From: Candidatus Eiseniibacteriota bacterium
GTDB taxonomy: Bacteria > Eisenbacteria > RBG-16-71-46
Direction: 5' to 3'
Length of the DNA: 38,021 nt
Assembly (NCBI GenBank): GCA_041483195.1
Contig: JBGPFC010000036.1
Coordinates: 1 to 38,021 of the forward strand
A program made the position numbers and the translations under genes. The notes beneath the pieces are model-generated. The model worked only from the letters and a program-made list of their open reading frames with translations. It was not told where the DNA came from and searched no databases. Shown piece by piece: positions 8,768-17,842 of the stretch (position 1 is its first letter; every line of letters begins with the position of its first letter).

Positions 8768-8853
8768 ATTTTCTCCCGGATGGCCTTGTGCGCGGGTGCC
8801 CTGGCCGGGTCGGGGGGATGTCCCAATCAACCATCGCCATCAAGGGAGAGCTG

Positions 8854-9612
8854 ATGAAGCGACTGCTGGCCGCGCTGGTGTGCGCGATGGTGCTGCTTGG
8901 CCCCTCAGGCGTACGAGCCGGCGGGCTTTACCTCCGCGGTGAGGCCGGATGGTCGATCGCTGCCCCTGCGAACCTGCGGGACAAGGAGATGGACCCCAAC
9001 AAGCCTACGTTCATCAACTCAGACAATGGGCTCGGCGAATTCGACGAGATCGGACACTCGCCGCTACTCGCAGTCGGAGTCGGCACTCGCGTTCTGGACA
9101 AGTTGCGGGTCGATCTCACCGCCGGCTATCGAGGCGGCTTTCGGCTCGACGGCACGGGCCCAAGCTCCATCGCGTCGACCACGAGCGCGGACATCGTCTC
9201 ACTTGCGCTCATGGCGAACGCCTGCTGGGACTTTCCGCCGACGGGTCCGGTGCGGCCGTATCTCGGAGTGGGGCTGGGCTGGGCGCACAACACCATTTCA
9301 AACATCCTGGAACGACGAGCCTCGGTCCCGAGATACGACCTGCCTGACGGTTCGACCAACAATCTTGCATGGCAACTGAGCGCGGGCGTCGGTTGGAAGC
9401 TCGCGAACAATTTCACGCTCGATCTCGGATACCGCTATCTCGACGCGGGCAAGATCGAGTCCGACGCCGGCAATGTGGTACGCAGGACCAACGGCACTAC
9501 CCTTCCGACAGCCGGCGTGAAAGGTCGCCTGGCCGCGCACGAACCGGTCGTCGACCTTCGCTTTGATCCGCCCCCAACTTCCTGGAGCAGCGGGACTGTC
9601 CCAATGAGCTAG
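8854..9612 (+). pseudogene. Outer-membrane beta-barrel protein (OMP_b-brl/Opa-like), C-terminus disrupted by IS3
   Basis: Signal peptide MKRLLAALV.., RPYLGVGLGWA, LAWQLSAGVG, LDLGYRYLDAG. The native end ...DLRFSL* can be rebuilt with 10804-10813. Confidence 0.8.
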
Positions 9613-9651
9613 CTTTGGGGCCTCCTGAACCGTCAAGGAGGAGGACCCAGG

Positions 9652-9918
9652 ATGAAGACGAGCAAGTTCACGGTCGAGCAGATCGCCCACGCCCTGAAGC
9701 GCGTGGAGGGCGGGGTGGTGGTCGGCGAGGTGTGCCGCGAGCTGGGCATCACCGAGACGACGTTCTACCGCTGGAAGCGGAAGTTCGGCGGCATCTCCTC
9801 GCCGGAGTTGCGCGAGCTGCGGCAACTGCGGGAGGAGAACCGGCGCCTGAAAACCGTGGTCGCCGACCTGACCCTGGATCGGACGATGCTGCAGGAGGCG
9901 CTCCGAAAAAAGTGGTAA
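9652..9918 (+). CDS. IS3 transposase OrfA (HTH)
   Basis: MKTSKFTVEQI..CRELGITETTFYRWKRKFGG; RBS GGAGG; A6G slippery site at 9906-9912. Confidence 0.95.
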   Translation: MKTSKFTVEQIAHALKRVEGGVVVGEVCRELGITETTFYRWKRKFGGISSPELRELRQLREENRRLKTVVADLTLDRTMLQEALRKKW

Positions 9919-10793
9919 GGCCGGTCGAGCGCCGCGCCGTGACCCGCTGGATGCAGGAGGCCTATCGCGTGAGTCTGCGCAAGGCCTGCCGCGCCTCGGC
10001 AACGGCGATGTCCTCGATGCAGTACCGCCCGGTCCGGCCGGATCAGTCCCCGCTGCGCCAGAGGATCAAGGAGATCGCGACGAACCGCGTGAGCTACGGG
10101 TATCGTCGCGTGCAGGTGCTGCTCCGTCGTGAGGGCTGGAAGGTGAACGCCAAGCGGACGTACCGGTTGTATCGCGAGGAAGGGCTCTGTCTGCGGTCGA
10201 AACGGCCCCAGCGTCGCCGCAGCGCGGTGCGTCGCCAGGAGCGGACCGCGGCGATCGGGAGCAACCAACTCTGGGCGATGGACTTCATGAGCGATGCGCT
10301 GGCGGACGGCAGGAAGCTGCGGGTGTTGACGGTGCTCGACACGTTCACGCGCGAGTGCGTCGCGCTCGAGGTCGGCGGGACGTTCGGCGGCACGGACGTC
10401 GCTCGCGTGCTGACGCGCGCGGGCGTGCAACGCGGGTTGCCGACGGCGATTCACGTCGACAACGGGACGGAGTTCACGTCGAAGGCGTTCGACCACTGGG
10501 CGTACCTGAACCAGGTGCGGCTCGACTTCAGCCGGCCCGGCAAGCCGACGGACAATGCGTTCATCGAAAGCTTCAACGCCCAGGTCCGGCGTGAGTGCTT
10601 ATCGCAATACTACTTTTCGTCGCTCATCGACGCCCGGGTGGTGCTCGATGCCTGGCGGGACGAGTACAACAACCGCCGGCCCCACGGGAGTTTGGGGCAG
10701 AGGACTCCGGCCGAGTATCGTGCCGAGGTCGAAGCAGCCGAGGTTCCCGAGCAGCTCGCATTGAGCGAGCCCGAATGCTCCAGCGTCGGGTAG
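9915..10793 (+). CDS. IS3 transposase OrfB (DDE integrase core), fused to OrfA by -1 frameshift
   Basis: YGYRR, WAMDF, DNGTEF, PGKPTDNAFIESFN, YNNRRPHGSLG. Confidence 0.93.
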   Translation, partial: VRPVERRAVTRWMQEAYRVSLRKACRASATAMSSMQYRPVRPDQSPLRQRIKEIATNRVSYGYRRVQVLLRREGWKVNAKRTYRLYREEGLCLRSKRPQRRRSAVRRQERTAAIGSNQLWAMDFMSDALADGRKLRVLTVLDTFTRECVALEVGGTFGGTDVARVLTRAGVQRGLPTAIHVDNGTEFTSKAFDHWAYLNQVRLDFSRPGKPTDNAFIESFNAQVRRECLSQYYFSSLIDARVVLDAWRDEYNNRRPHGSLGQRTPAEYRAEVEAAEVPEQLALSEPECSSVG

Positions 10794-10967
10794 CGGACCA
10801 CTTCAGCCTGTAGCGGGACGCGGGGCGGACCCGGATCCGGGGGCTGCCGGTCATGCGGCCCGCCCCAAAGATTCGGGTTGAAGTCCCGGCGGGCGCTCCT
10901 GCTACACTCTTCGCTCCCCTTTCCCCGTCGCCACCATCATCGTCATCCACCCCGCTCGGGAGCCGCC

Positions 10968-11930
10968 ATGCTCGCTCGCTCTGCCCTCGGAACGCTCGCG
11001 TCCCTCGTCATTCTCGCCGCCATCTGCGTCGCACCCGCGCGGGCCGCGACGCTTCAAGTCTACGCCACCAACATCTCGGCCGGCGGCGCCGACCTCGAGT
11101 TCGATGGCGCCGGCAACATGTACGTTACGGGCGGCAGCGGCGGCCTCGGGAAGCTCTACAAAGTCGCCCCCGGCGGAGGCGCCGCGACGCCGATGACGCT
11201 CACCGGCCCGGCGCTCTTCCAGCCGTGGGGGCTCGCGACGAGCCCGGGCGGGACCCTGTACCTGGTGGATCGAGGCGATCCGACGGTCGCCAACTCGGGA
11301 AAGATCTACTCGGTGTCGCCGACCGGCGTGCTGACGTTATTCAAAGGCAGCCTCGCCGGACCGTTCTCCATCGTCTTCGATCCGGCAGGTAATCTCTATG
11401 TCGGTCTCGTCAGCCAGAACAAGGTGGCGAAGATCACGCCGGGCGGCGTGATGACCAACTACGCGACCGGTCTCGGCGTCGCGGGCGAGCAGGTGATGCA
11501 GCTCTCCATCGACGCGTCCGGCAATATCTACGCGGGCGTCGAGCAGGACATGTACAAGATCGCTCCCGGCGGCTCGCCGGTCACCAAGGTGATCAGCGGC
11601 GGGCTCTCACAGGCGATGGGGCACGTTCGTTGGGCCAGCGACAACTTCATCGTCGCGACGTTCGGGTTCCATCAGCTCAAGCATTGGTCCGCGGCCTACG
11701 GCCTCCACAACCTGCTCAATCCCGCGGCAGGGAGCTGCGCGGTCGGCCTTCTCTCCGACGGTGTCTCGCCCGGCGGCGCGAGCATGAGCCAGCCCACCAG
11801 CATGCGGCTCCTCGCGGGCACCGTCTACGTCGCCGACCAGGGCTGCCACCAGGTTCGGGCGTTCGACGTCGGCGACATCACGCCGGCTCGTGGTCGCACC
11901 TGGGGGCAGTTGAAGACGCTCTATCGTTAG
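10968..11930 (+). CDS. Secreted beta-propeller (NHL/Vgb-like) protein with C-terminal TWGxxKxxYR tail
   Basis: Signal peptide ending APARA; repeats FDGAGNMYV, FDPAGNLYV, IDASGNIYA; RBS GGAG; extended -10 TGcTACACT at 10900-10908. Confidence 0.85.
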   Translation: MLARSALGTLASLVILAAICVAPARAATLQVYATNISAGGADLEFDGAGNMYVTGGSGGLGKLYKVAPGGGAATPMTLTGPALFQPWGLATSPGGTLYLVDRGDPTVANSGKIYSVSPTGVLTLFKGSLAGPFSIVFDPAGNLYVGLVSQNKVAKITPGGVMTNYATGLGVAGEQVMQLSIDASGNIYAGVEQDMYKIAPGGSPVTKVISGGLSQAMGHVRWASDNFIVATFGFHQLKHWSAAYGLHNLLNPAAGSCAVGLLSDGVSPGGASMSQPTSMRLLAGTVYVADQGCHQVRAFDVGDITPARGRTWGQLKTLYR

Positions 11931-13084
11931 CGTGAGGTCGCGCGAACGGTGAACGCCGCTCCCGGGTAGCCGACGAAGTGGTAGAGGTTCGACGGTGAGC
12001 CCGGGGCCATGCCGATGTCCCGCAGCCCGAGCTCCGGCCCGCTGATCGACGTCGCGTAGGCGACGGGCCAGCCGGTCGCGCCGCCGGCATCGCGCGCGAG
12101 GCGTTGGAGCGTGAGCAGCCCGAGAGGAATCGAGAACCGCCCGCACCAGGTCCAGCGGTACGTGTCGGGATGATCGGGGTCCACGAAGGTCCCGTACAGC
12201 GCGCGGATCTTCGCGGTTTCGAGCGCGCCTCGAAGCGCTCCGCTCAGCAGGCCGCGATCCTTCGCGGTCGCGTGCTCGTACGCCGCGAGGCCCCCTTCGC
12301 CAAACGTGTGCTGCTTGAAGTCTGGGCCGTAGTGAATGGCGTCCGCCGAGATCGCGATGGCCACGTCGCGTCCGAGGCGCCACTCGCGAGCCTTCAGCTC
12401 AGCGTCGAGCGCGGTGCCGAGATGGTCCGCGAGCGATCGCAGCCGCTCGAAGCGCGCGGCCGGGACGATGATGGGCACGATCTCCACGTCGGGACGGATG
12501 TGCCGGAGCCAGCACACCAATGGCTCGAGCGAGTGCTCCATGTCGTGCGCGAGCGAGCTCTGGACCCAGTCCCCGCGCGGCAGCCGGGCGAGGAGTGACT
12601 CCCGAAGTGACGAGACCGGAACCTGGCCGTCGGGCGCGGTCCACTCTTGGTAGGGATCGAACACGAGGCGGTCGCGCTCGTTGATGCGCCAGTAGCCGTG
12701 GAACACTCCGATCAGCACGACGGTGCGCGCCGTGACGAGCGGAAGCACGCGACGGTACACGCGGCCGGCGAAGCTGAAGTCGTCGTGCGGGCAGATGACC
12801 GCGGCCACTCCGGGCGCGGGTGCGGGGCCGAGCGAGTCGGGCGGGGGGCCGGCGGCCGACAGCTCCCAGACCTTCGCCATCTGCGAGGCGTGCAGGGCGT
12901 AGCCGGTCGAGTCGATGCGCCCACGTGCGCCGTCGTGCGAAGGGATCGCCATCGCGCGGAGCACCGAGTCCGCGGACAGATGCGTGCCGACGAGCGGGGT
13001 CGTGGTCTGCGCCCGCGCGGCGGGCGCCATTTCCGCGGAAGCGAGGACGACGAGCAGAATCAGGCTCAGCGATCGACGAATCAT
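11927..13084 (-). CDS. MEMO1-family (AmmeMemoRadiSam protein B-like) protein with signal peptide
   Basis: PHDD, GVFH, EHSLE, SADAIHYG, WCG, YATS, VGY; ATGA overlap with the upstream HTH gene. Confidence 0.85.
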   Translation of the reverse strand: MIRRSLSLILLVVLASAEMAPAARAQTTTPLVGTHLSADSVLRAMAIPSHDGARGRIDSTGYALHASQMAKVWELSAAGPPPDSLGPAPAPGVAAVICPHDDFSFAGRVYRRVLPLVTARTVVLIGVFHGYWRINERDRLVFDPYQEWTAPDGQVPVSSLRESLLARLPRGDWVQSSLAHDMEHSLEPLVCWLRHIRPDVEIVPIIVPAARFERLRSLADHLGTALDAELKAREWRLGRDVAIAISADAIHYGPDFKQHTFGEGGLAAYEHATAKDRGLLSGALRGALETAKIRALYGTFVDPDHPDTYRWTWCGRFSIPLGLLTLQRLARDAGGATGWPVAYATSISGPELGLRDIGMAPGSPSNLYHFVGYPGAAFTVRATSR

Positions 13085-13323
13085 CGCGGCGCATCTCCAT
13101 CGGGCTCGCGCAGGTGGCTGAAGCCCGAGTCTTCGCTCAGCAGCTGCTCGTCGAGCCAGCGGTCGAGGATGCTCATCCGGAATCGCCACTCCTTGCCCAG
13201 CTTGACCGCGGGAATGCGCCGCTCCGCGGCCCACTTGTAAATGGTCTGGGGTCTCAGGCGGAGGTAATGCGCGACCTCCTCGAGCGTGAGGATCTCGTGG
13301 TCGGGCTTGTTCGAACCACTCAT
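13081..13323 (-). CDS. HTH_17 excisionase/BldC-like DNA-binding protein
   Basis: ILTLEEVAHYLRLRPQTIYKWAAERRIPAVKLGKEWRF; ATGA overlaps on both sides. Confidence 0.92.
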   Translation of the reverse strand: MSGSNKPDHEILTLEEVAHYLRLRPQTIYKWAAERRIPAVKLGKEWRFRMSILDRWLDEQLLSEDSGFSHLREPDGDAPR

Positions 13324-14144
13324 CGTCCGGAAATTCCGAGGCTGTCTGCGTTCAATACCGGGAGGGGCTCGAAGAGGCTGCGCGCCGCGGGCCGAGACGT
13401 CGCGGAGGCAGCCTCCTTGCCCTCGCCGCGCGAGAGCTTCTGCAGCGAATAGATGACCGCCGTGTAGAAGTTGCCCTCGTTGTGGCGGAACAACTGGAAC
13501 GGCTGCCCGCGATCGCCGACGAAGGGCTGAAGGCCCCACGCCATCTGGATTCCCACGAACGCGAACAGGACGGCCCACACCTTCATGATCGTCATCGCGT
13601 TCTTCGGGTACACGCCGCGCTTCTCGCACGCGAACGCGAGTCCCTCGTGAAGCGCCGCCATTCCCACGAGGCCGGCGCCCAGCACGATGAGCACGTGCAG
13701 CAGCGTGAGGAAGTAGTAGTTGGCTCCGGTGAGCAGGAAAAAGGCAGTGATGGGAACGACCGCGGCGAGCACGATCGCGCCGAGCGCGAGCGCTCCGAGC
13801 ACGAGCGCCAACACCTGCTGAAGTCGCAGGCGCGAGCCGACCAGCACCTGGATCACGAAGAACCCGGGAAAGCAGATCGCGAGCGTGCCGAGGAACAGCA
13901 CGGGCAGCTTGATCGCCGCCGAGATCGCCTGCGCGGGACCCGCGTATGCGCCGGCCGCCGCGCCGTAGAGCGCGCACAGCGCGAGCAGCGTGCACAGCGA
14001 GTAGGTGAGCTTGCCGGGCAGCCCGTCGCTCTCGGCGACCTCGGCGAAGAATCGCTCGCGGTCGCTGAGGATCAGGGCGAGGAAGTGTCCGAATCCGGTA
14101 TTGGCGCCTTGGGCCGTGATCGTGTCGGTTGAAATCTCTGACAT
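13320..14144 (-). CDS. Multi-pass membrane protein (YIP1-like, about 5 TM)
   Basis: RBS GAGGAGG; hydrophobic helices; AIKLPVLFL..ICFP and WAVLFAFVGIQMAWGLQPFVG. Confidence 0.8.
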   Translation of the reverse strand: MSEISTDTITAQGANTGFGHFLALILSDRERFFAEVAESDGLPGKLTYSLCTLLALCALYGAAAGAYAGPAQAISAAIKLPVLFLGTLAICFPGFFVIQVLVGSRLRLQQVLALVLGALALGAIVLAAVVPITAFFLLTGANYYFLTLLHVLIVLGAGLVGMAALHEGLAFACEKRGVYPKNAMTIMKVWAVLFAFVGIQMAWGLQPFVGDRGQPFQLFRHNEGNFYTAVIYSLQKLSRGEGKEAASATSRPAARSLFEPLPVLNADSLGISGR

Positions 14145-14168
14145 CGCGCGTCCCTCCTCTCGGGACCG

Positions 14169-14240
14169 ATTATGGTGGGGCAGCGTTGGCGCCGAGTCAA
14201 CGTTTATTATTGTTTGTTGCTGTTTGCCTATGTTCATGAC
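14169..14240 (-). promoter_or_regulatory. Promoter with four 10-bp-phased AAC repeats
   Basis: Minus strand TGAACATAGG CAAACAGCAA CAAACAATAA TAAACGTTGA, overlapping TTGACT-20 nt-CATAAT. Confidence 0.6.
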
Positions 14241-14299
14241 CCGCGCCGGGCAGGCGAGTGCCGCATCATCGAACGGTGCCCTCCGCTACCATCACCCGC

Positions 14300-15091
14300 A
14301 TGGACGCCATCCTCGCGAAACGCTTCGAGCGCTACGTCGCGATCGGCGACAGCTCGACCGAGGGCATCGACGATCCCGACGGGAACGGCGGCTATCGCGG
14401 GTGGTCCGTCCGCCTCGCCGAGCGGATCGCCCGTGCCCAGGGCTCGCTGCTCTACGCGAAGCTCGGGCTCCGCGGCCGGACCACGCGCCAGATCCGCGAT
14501 CAGCAGCTGGAGCCTGCGCTCGCGATGCGGCCCGATCTCGCCACGCTGTTCTCGGGGACCAACGACGTCGTCGCGCGGCGCTTCGACGCGAACTCGGCCG
14601 CGCGCGACGTGGAGTTCATGCAGCGGGCGCTGATCGAGCGCGGCGCGACGGTCCTGACCTTCACCCTGCCGGATCTCACGCCGATCATGCCGGTCGCGCG
14701 CTGGATCGCGCCTCGAATCCTCGCGCTCAACGCGGCGCTTCGGGGCGTGGCCGCGAACACCGGCGCGATCCTGGTGGACTTCGCCGCGTATCCGCTCGGA
14801 TCGGACCTGCGGTTCTGGAGCGGGGATCGATTCCACGCGAACGCGATCGGGCATGCGCGAATCGCGGATGCACTCGCTCACGCGATCGGACTCGCGGGCA
14901 GCGGCGACGCGTGGAAGCAGCCGCTCCCGCCGCCGCCGCCGATCACCCAGTGGCGACGGCTCACCGCCGAGACGAACTGGGTGCTGCGCTACCTGCTGCC
15001 CTGGGCGGCGCGAGGACTGGTTCCTCGATGGGCCGAGGACTCACGCAAGCCACCGCAGCCGAGCCTGCGTGAGATTCGTGCGGAGCCCTAG
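14300..15091 (+). CDS. SGNH/GDSL hydrolase
   Basis: YVAIGDSSTEG, GTND, DRFHAN..GH. Confidence 0.92.
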   Translation: MDAILAKRFERYVAIGDSSTEGIDDPDGNGGYRGWSVRLAERIARAQGSLLYAKLGLRGRTTRQIRDQQLEPALAMRPDLATLFSGTNDVVARRFDANSAARDVEFMQRALIERGATVLTFTLPDLTPIMPVARWIAPRILALNAALRGVAANTGAILVDFAAYPLGSDLRFWSGDRFHANAIGHARIADALAHAIGLAGSGDAWKQPLPPPPPITQWRRLTAETNWVLRYLLPWAARGLVPRWAEDSRKPPQPSLREIRAEP

Positions 15092-15633
15092 AGCAATCGG
15101 CCCTTGCAGCGGTGGAACTCGCGCACGAAGAGCTGCGCGTCGGATTCAGAAAAGCTCTCGAGCACGTCCTGGTCGCTCACGTCCACGCTGTCGAAGATCT
15201 GTTTGCCGCCCTCGGTCGTGAAGACCAGGCGGCCCTGGCGGTAGCTCACGTCCCGCAGATCGCGAACCGAACACTCGACGCTGTGATCGAGCAACGCCCG
15301 CACGGTGCTGATCACCACGGTCTTGATGGTCTCGGCCAGCACGTTGTCTTCGCCGTCGTCCTGCTTGTCCCTCAACTCCCGGCGGACCTTTCGCAGCACG
15401 CGATCCGATAGCTGCATGGCCACGTGGTCGTCGGTCAGAACGAGGGTCACGTCGCCGTTCTGGGTGGTGATGGCGAGACGGGCGTCATGCGTGTTGTACC
15501 GGGACGACCATCGGGCGGGAGGGCTGCAGCACGAGCTGTGGAAGTGGCTGCAAACCGCGGCGTGCGCACGTGCCGGGGTGTTCGGGGCGGCTAAGAGGGC
15601 GAGAACTGCGACAACGAGCAGGCGGGTCTTCAT
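15088..15633 (-). CDS. Secreted hypothetical protein
   Basis: Signal peptide MKTRLLVVAVLALLAA, Cys/His-rich segment CSHFHSSCC, host-like codon usage. Confidence 0.75.
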   Translation of the reverse strand: MKTRLLVVAVLALLAAPNTPARAHAAVCSHFHSSCCSPPARWSSRYNTHDARLAITTQNGDVTLVLTDDHVAMQLSDRVLRKVRRELRDKQDDGEDNVLAETIKTVVISTVRALLDHSVECSVRDLRDVSYRQGRLVFTTEGGKQIFDSVDVSDQDVLESFSESDAQLFVREFHRCKGRLL

Positions 15634-15778
15634 CGGTGCCCCCAGGGCAAGGGTGGGGTAGGAGCGGTGGGATGCCATGCACCGCACTACGGCGGGGCCC
15701 GGCGCGGGGTTGCCGTCGGTCGTCTGGGGCCGCGGGTGGTTTAGTGGCCCGAATCGGGGCCAGAGGCAGCCCCGCCCC

Positions 15779-17044
15779 TCATGCCGCCGCGCGCCGCGGG
15801 GTATCCGCCAGCCGCTCGAGCTGATCGGCCGCGATCGCGGCGCCATCTTCGTGGGCGAGGCGTTCGCCCAGGGTCTTCGCCCGGGCCGCGATGGTCGGAT
15901 CGTCGATGCAGCGATCCAGGGCTTCCGCCAGCCGCGCCGCCGTCATGCGATGCCGCGACAGCATCAGCCCCGCGCCCAGCGCCATCACCCGCAGCGCGTT
16001 GTTGAACTGATCGTACGCGTGGGGAATCGCAAGCGTGGGTCGCCCCGCGCGCAGCGCCTGAGCGGTCGAGCCGATCCCGCCGTGATGAACGTTGACGAGC
16101 GCGCGGGGGAAGAGCGCCGAATGCGGCGCCCATGGAACGCCGATCACCCCGGGCGGCAGCTCCTCGGGCGGCGCGATGCCCCGGCCGACGATCAGCACGC
16201 CGCGGCGGCCGATGCGGCTGCAGGCCCGAGCCGCGATGCCGAAGAAGCCGCGAGCGGTGTGGACCGCGGCGCTTCCCAGCGTGAAGACGATCGGAGGCTC
16301 GCCGACCGAGAGGAATCGCTCGAGGCCCGCCTCGAGACGCGCGCCCGGCTCGCCGTCGTACCACGGGAACCCGCAGATCACGCCCTGCGCGGGGTCGCTC
16401 GGCAGCGGCCCCCGGAACGCCTCGGACCAGAGCGCGAGGTTGAGGTCGCCGCCCCGGAACGCGCCAGCCATGGGATCGCGCGCCGGCGCGAAGCCATTGC
16501 GCACGCGCATCCGGTTCACCCATGCGTTCGACACGATGCGCGCCACGGGGCCGAGTGCGCGCGCGAGCACCCTTGCACGGCGTTCGCGCCATGCGCCCGG
16601 CTCGACCTGAAGCAACGGCACCGGGTCGTCGGGCGCGAGCCACGCGAGCGGGGCCAGCACCGCGGTCGCGAGCGGAATGCCGCACTCCTCCGCGATCCAG
16701 CTCGCCGGGATCGCGACATAATGCGCGAGGATCACGTCGGGCCGGTGCGCTTCGATGCCGCGCCGCAGCGCCTCGATGACGCACGGGGCCACAGCATCGA
16801 AACGGCTCGCCAGCAGCCCGGGTCCGTGGTGGCGATGGAACAGGTGCGGATGGCGCAGCAGGTCTGCGAATGAGATCGCCTCGCGCACGGGGTACATGGC
16901 CAGCCCCGCGCTCGCGACGTCCCGGGTGAAATAGGGATCGGTGACCACCGCGCACTCATGGCCGCGCGCGGCGAGCGTCCGCCCGATCGCGAGAAACGGG
17001 TGGAGGTCGCCGTGAGATCCGAAGGTAACGATCAGGACGCGCAT
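15779..17044 (-). CDS. GT1-family glycosyltransferase (RhlB/sterol GT-like)
   Basis: MRVLIVTFGSHGDLHPF, HHGGIGSTAQALRAGRP, DQFNNA. Confidence 0.93.
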   Translation of the reverse strand: MRVLIVTFGSHGDLHPFLAIGRTLAARGHECAVVTDPYFTRDVASAGLAMYPVREAISFADLLRHPHLFHRHHGPGLLASRFDAVAPCVIEALRRGIEAHRPDVILAHYVAIPASWIAEECGIPLATAVLAPLAWLAPDDPVPLLQVEPGAWRERRARVLARALGPVARIVSNAWVNRMRVRNGFAPARDPMAGAFRGGDLNLALWSEAFRGPLPSDPAQGVICGFPWYDGEPGARLEAGLERFLSVGEPPIVFTLGSAAVHTARGFFGIAARACSRIGRRGVLIVGRGIAPPEELPPGVIGVPWAPHSALFPRALVNVHHGGIGSTAQALRAGRPTLAIPHAYDQFNNALRVMALGAGLMLSRHRMTAARLAEALDRCIDDPTIAARAKTLGERLAHEDGAAIAADQLERLADTPRRAAA

Positions 17045-17204
17045 GGGCTCGAGCGGAACATGTCGGGGGGGTATCGGCCGGGCGGGGCCGGGACGTTCAC
17101 CGCCACGCGATCCCGCGACGCCGCGAGCCTTGGCCAATCTCGATTGACTCTCCATCCCCGCGCGCCCGATATTGCTCGCCGGACCCCAGCCCCGGAGGAT
17201 GCTC

Positions 17205-17813
17205 GTGAAGCAGTCGAAGATCTGGATCGCGGCATTGATGTGCGCGGGATGGCTCGCGGCGACAACTGCGCCCGCCCGCGCGAACGACGCCATCGCACAG
17301 GTCAAAGGCATCCGCGGCGAGATGATCGCGAGCCTCGATGAAGCCGGGCAGAAGCTGATCGAGCTGGCGCAGGCGACCCCCGAGTCGCTTTACAGCTGGC
17401 GGCCCGGAAAGGGCGTGCGCTCGACCGGAGAAGTGCTCGCTCACGTCATCGGCGGAGACTACCTGCTGTCGTCGCTGTTCGGCGTCAAGCCGCCGGCCGA
17501 CCTCGACCTCCCCGGGCTCGAGAAGAGCCCGCCGGGCAAGCCGCGAACCATCGAGCTGCTCAAGGCCTCGCTTGCGTGGGCGGAGCAGGCGATCGCGGCC
17601 ACACCCGACGATTCGCTGGCCGCGCGCGCGAAGCGGCCTGACGGCCGCGATGCCACGAAGGCCACGGTGTGCATGATCATCGTGACCCACTCGCACGAGC
17701 ACCTGGGCCAGATGATCGCCTATGCGCGCATGAACGGCATCGTGCCGCCCTGGACCGCGCGGCAGCAGGCGGCGGCCGATGCGAAGGCCGCGGAGAAGAC
17801 GAAGAAGCCGTAG
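17205..17813 (+). CDS. Secreted DinB-family protein
   Basis: Signal peptide (APARA), WRP..GVRSTGEVLAH, HSHEHLGQMIAYARMNGIVPPW; RBS GGAGG before GTG. Confidence 0.88.
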   Translation: MKQSKIWIAALMCAGWLAATTAPARANDAIAQVKGIRGEMIASLDEAGQKLIELAQATPESLYSWRPGKGVRSTGEVLAHVIGGDYLLSSLFGVKPPADLDLPGLEKSPPGKPRTIELLKASLAWAEQAIAATPDDSLAARAKRPDGRDATKATVCMIIVTHSHEHLGQMIAYARMNGIVPPWTARQQAAADAKAAEKTKKP

Positions 17814-17842
17814 CGCGCGTGGTGCGCGGCCGCGTGCGGCCG

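Larger units (their letters stand above)
9564..10800 (+). mobile_element. IS3-family insertion sequence, 1237 bp, apparently intact
   Basis: IRL is TGATCCGCCCCCAACTTCCTGGAGCA; IRR reverse complement is TGGTCCGCTACCCGACGCTGGAGCA. 3-bp target duplication CTT (9561-9563 and 10801-10803). Confidence 0.95.

Noticed and set aside
13081..13323. Prophage or island excisionase
   Set aside because: No integrase or phage genes nearby. It is embedded in a host-like operon, so a regulator is more likely.
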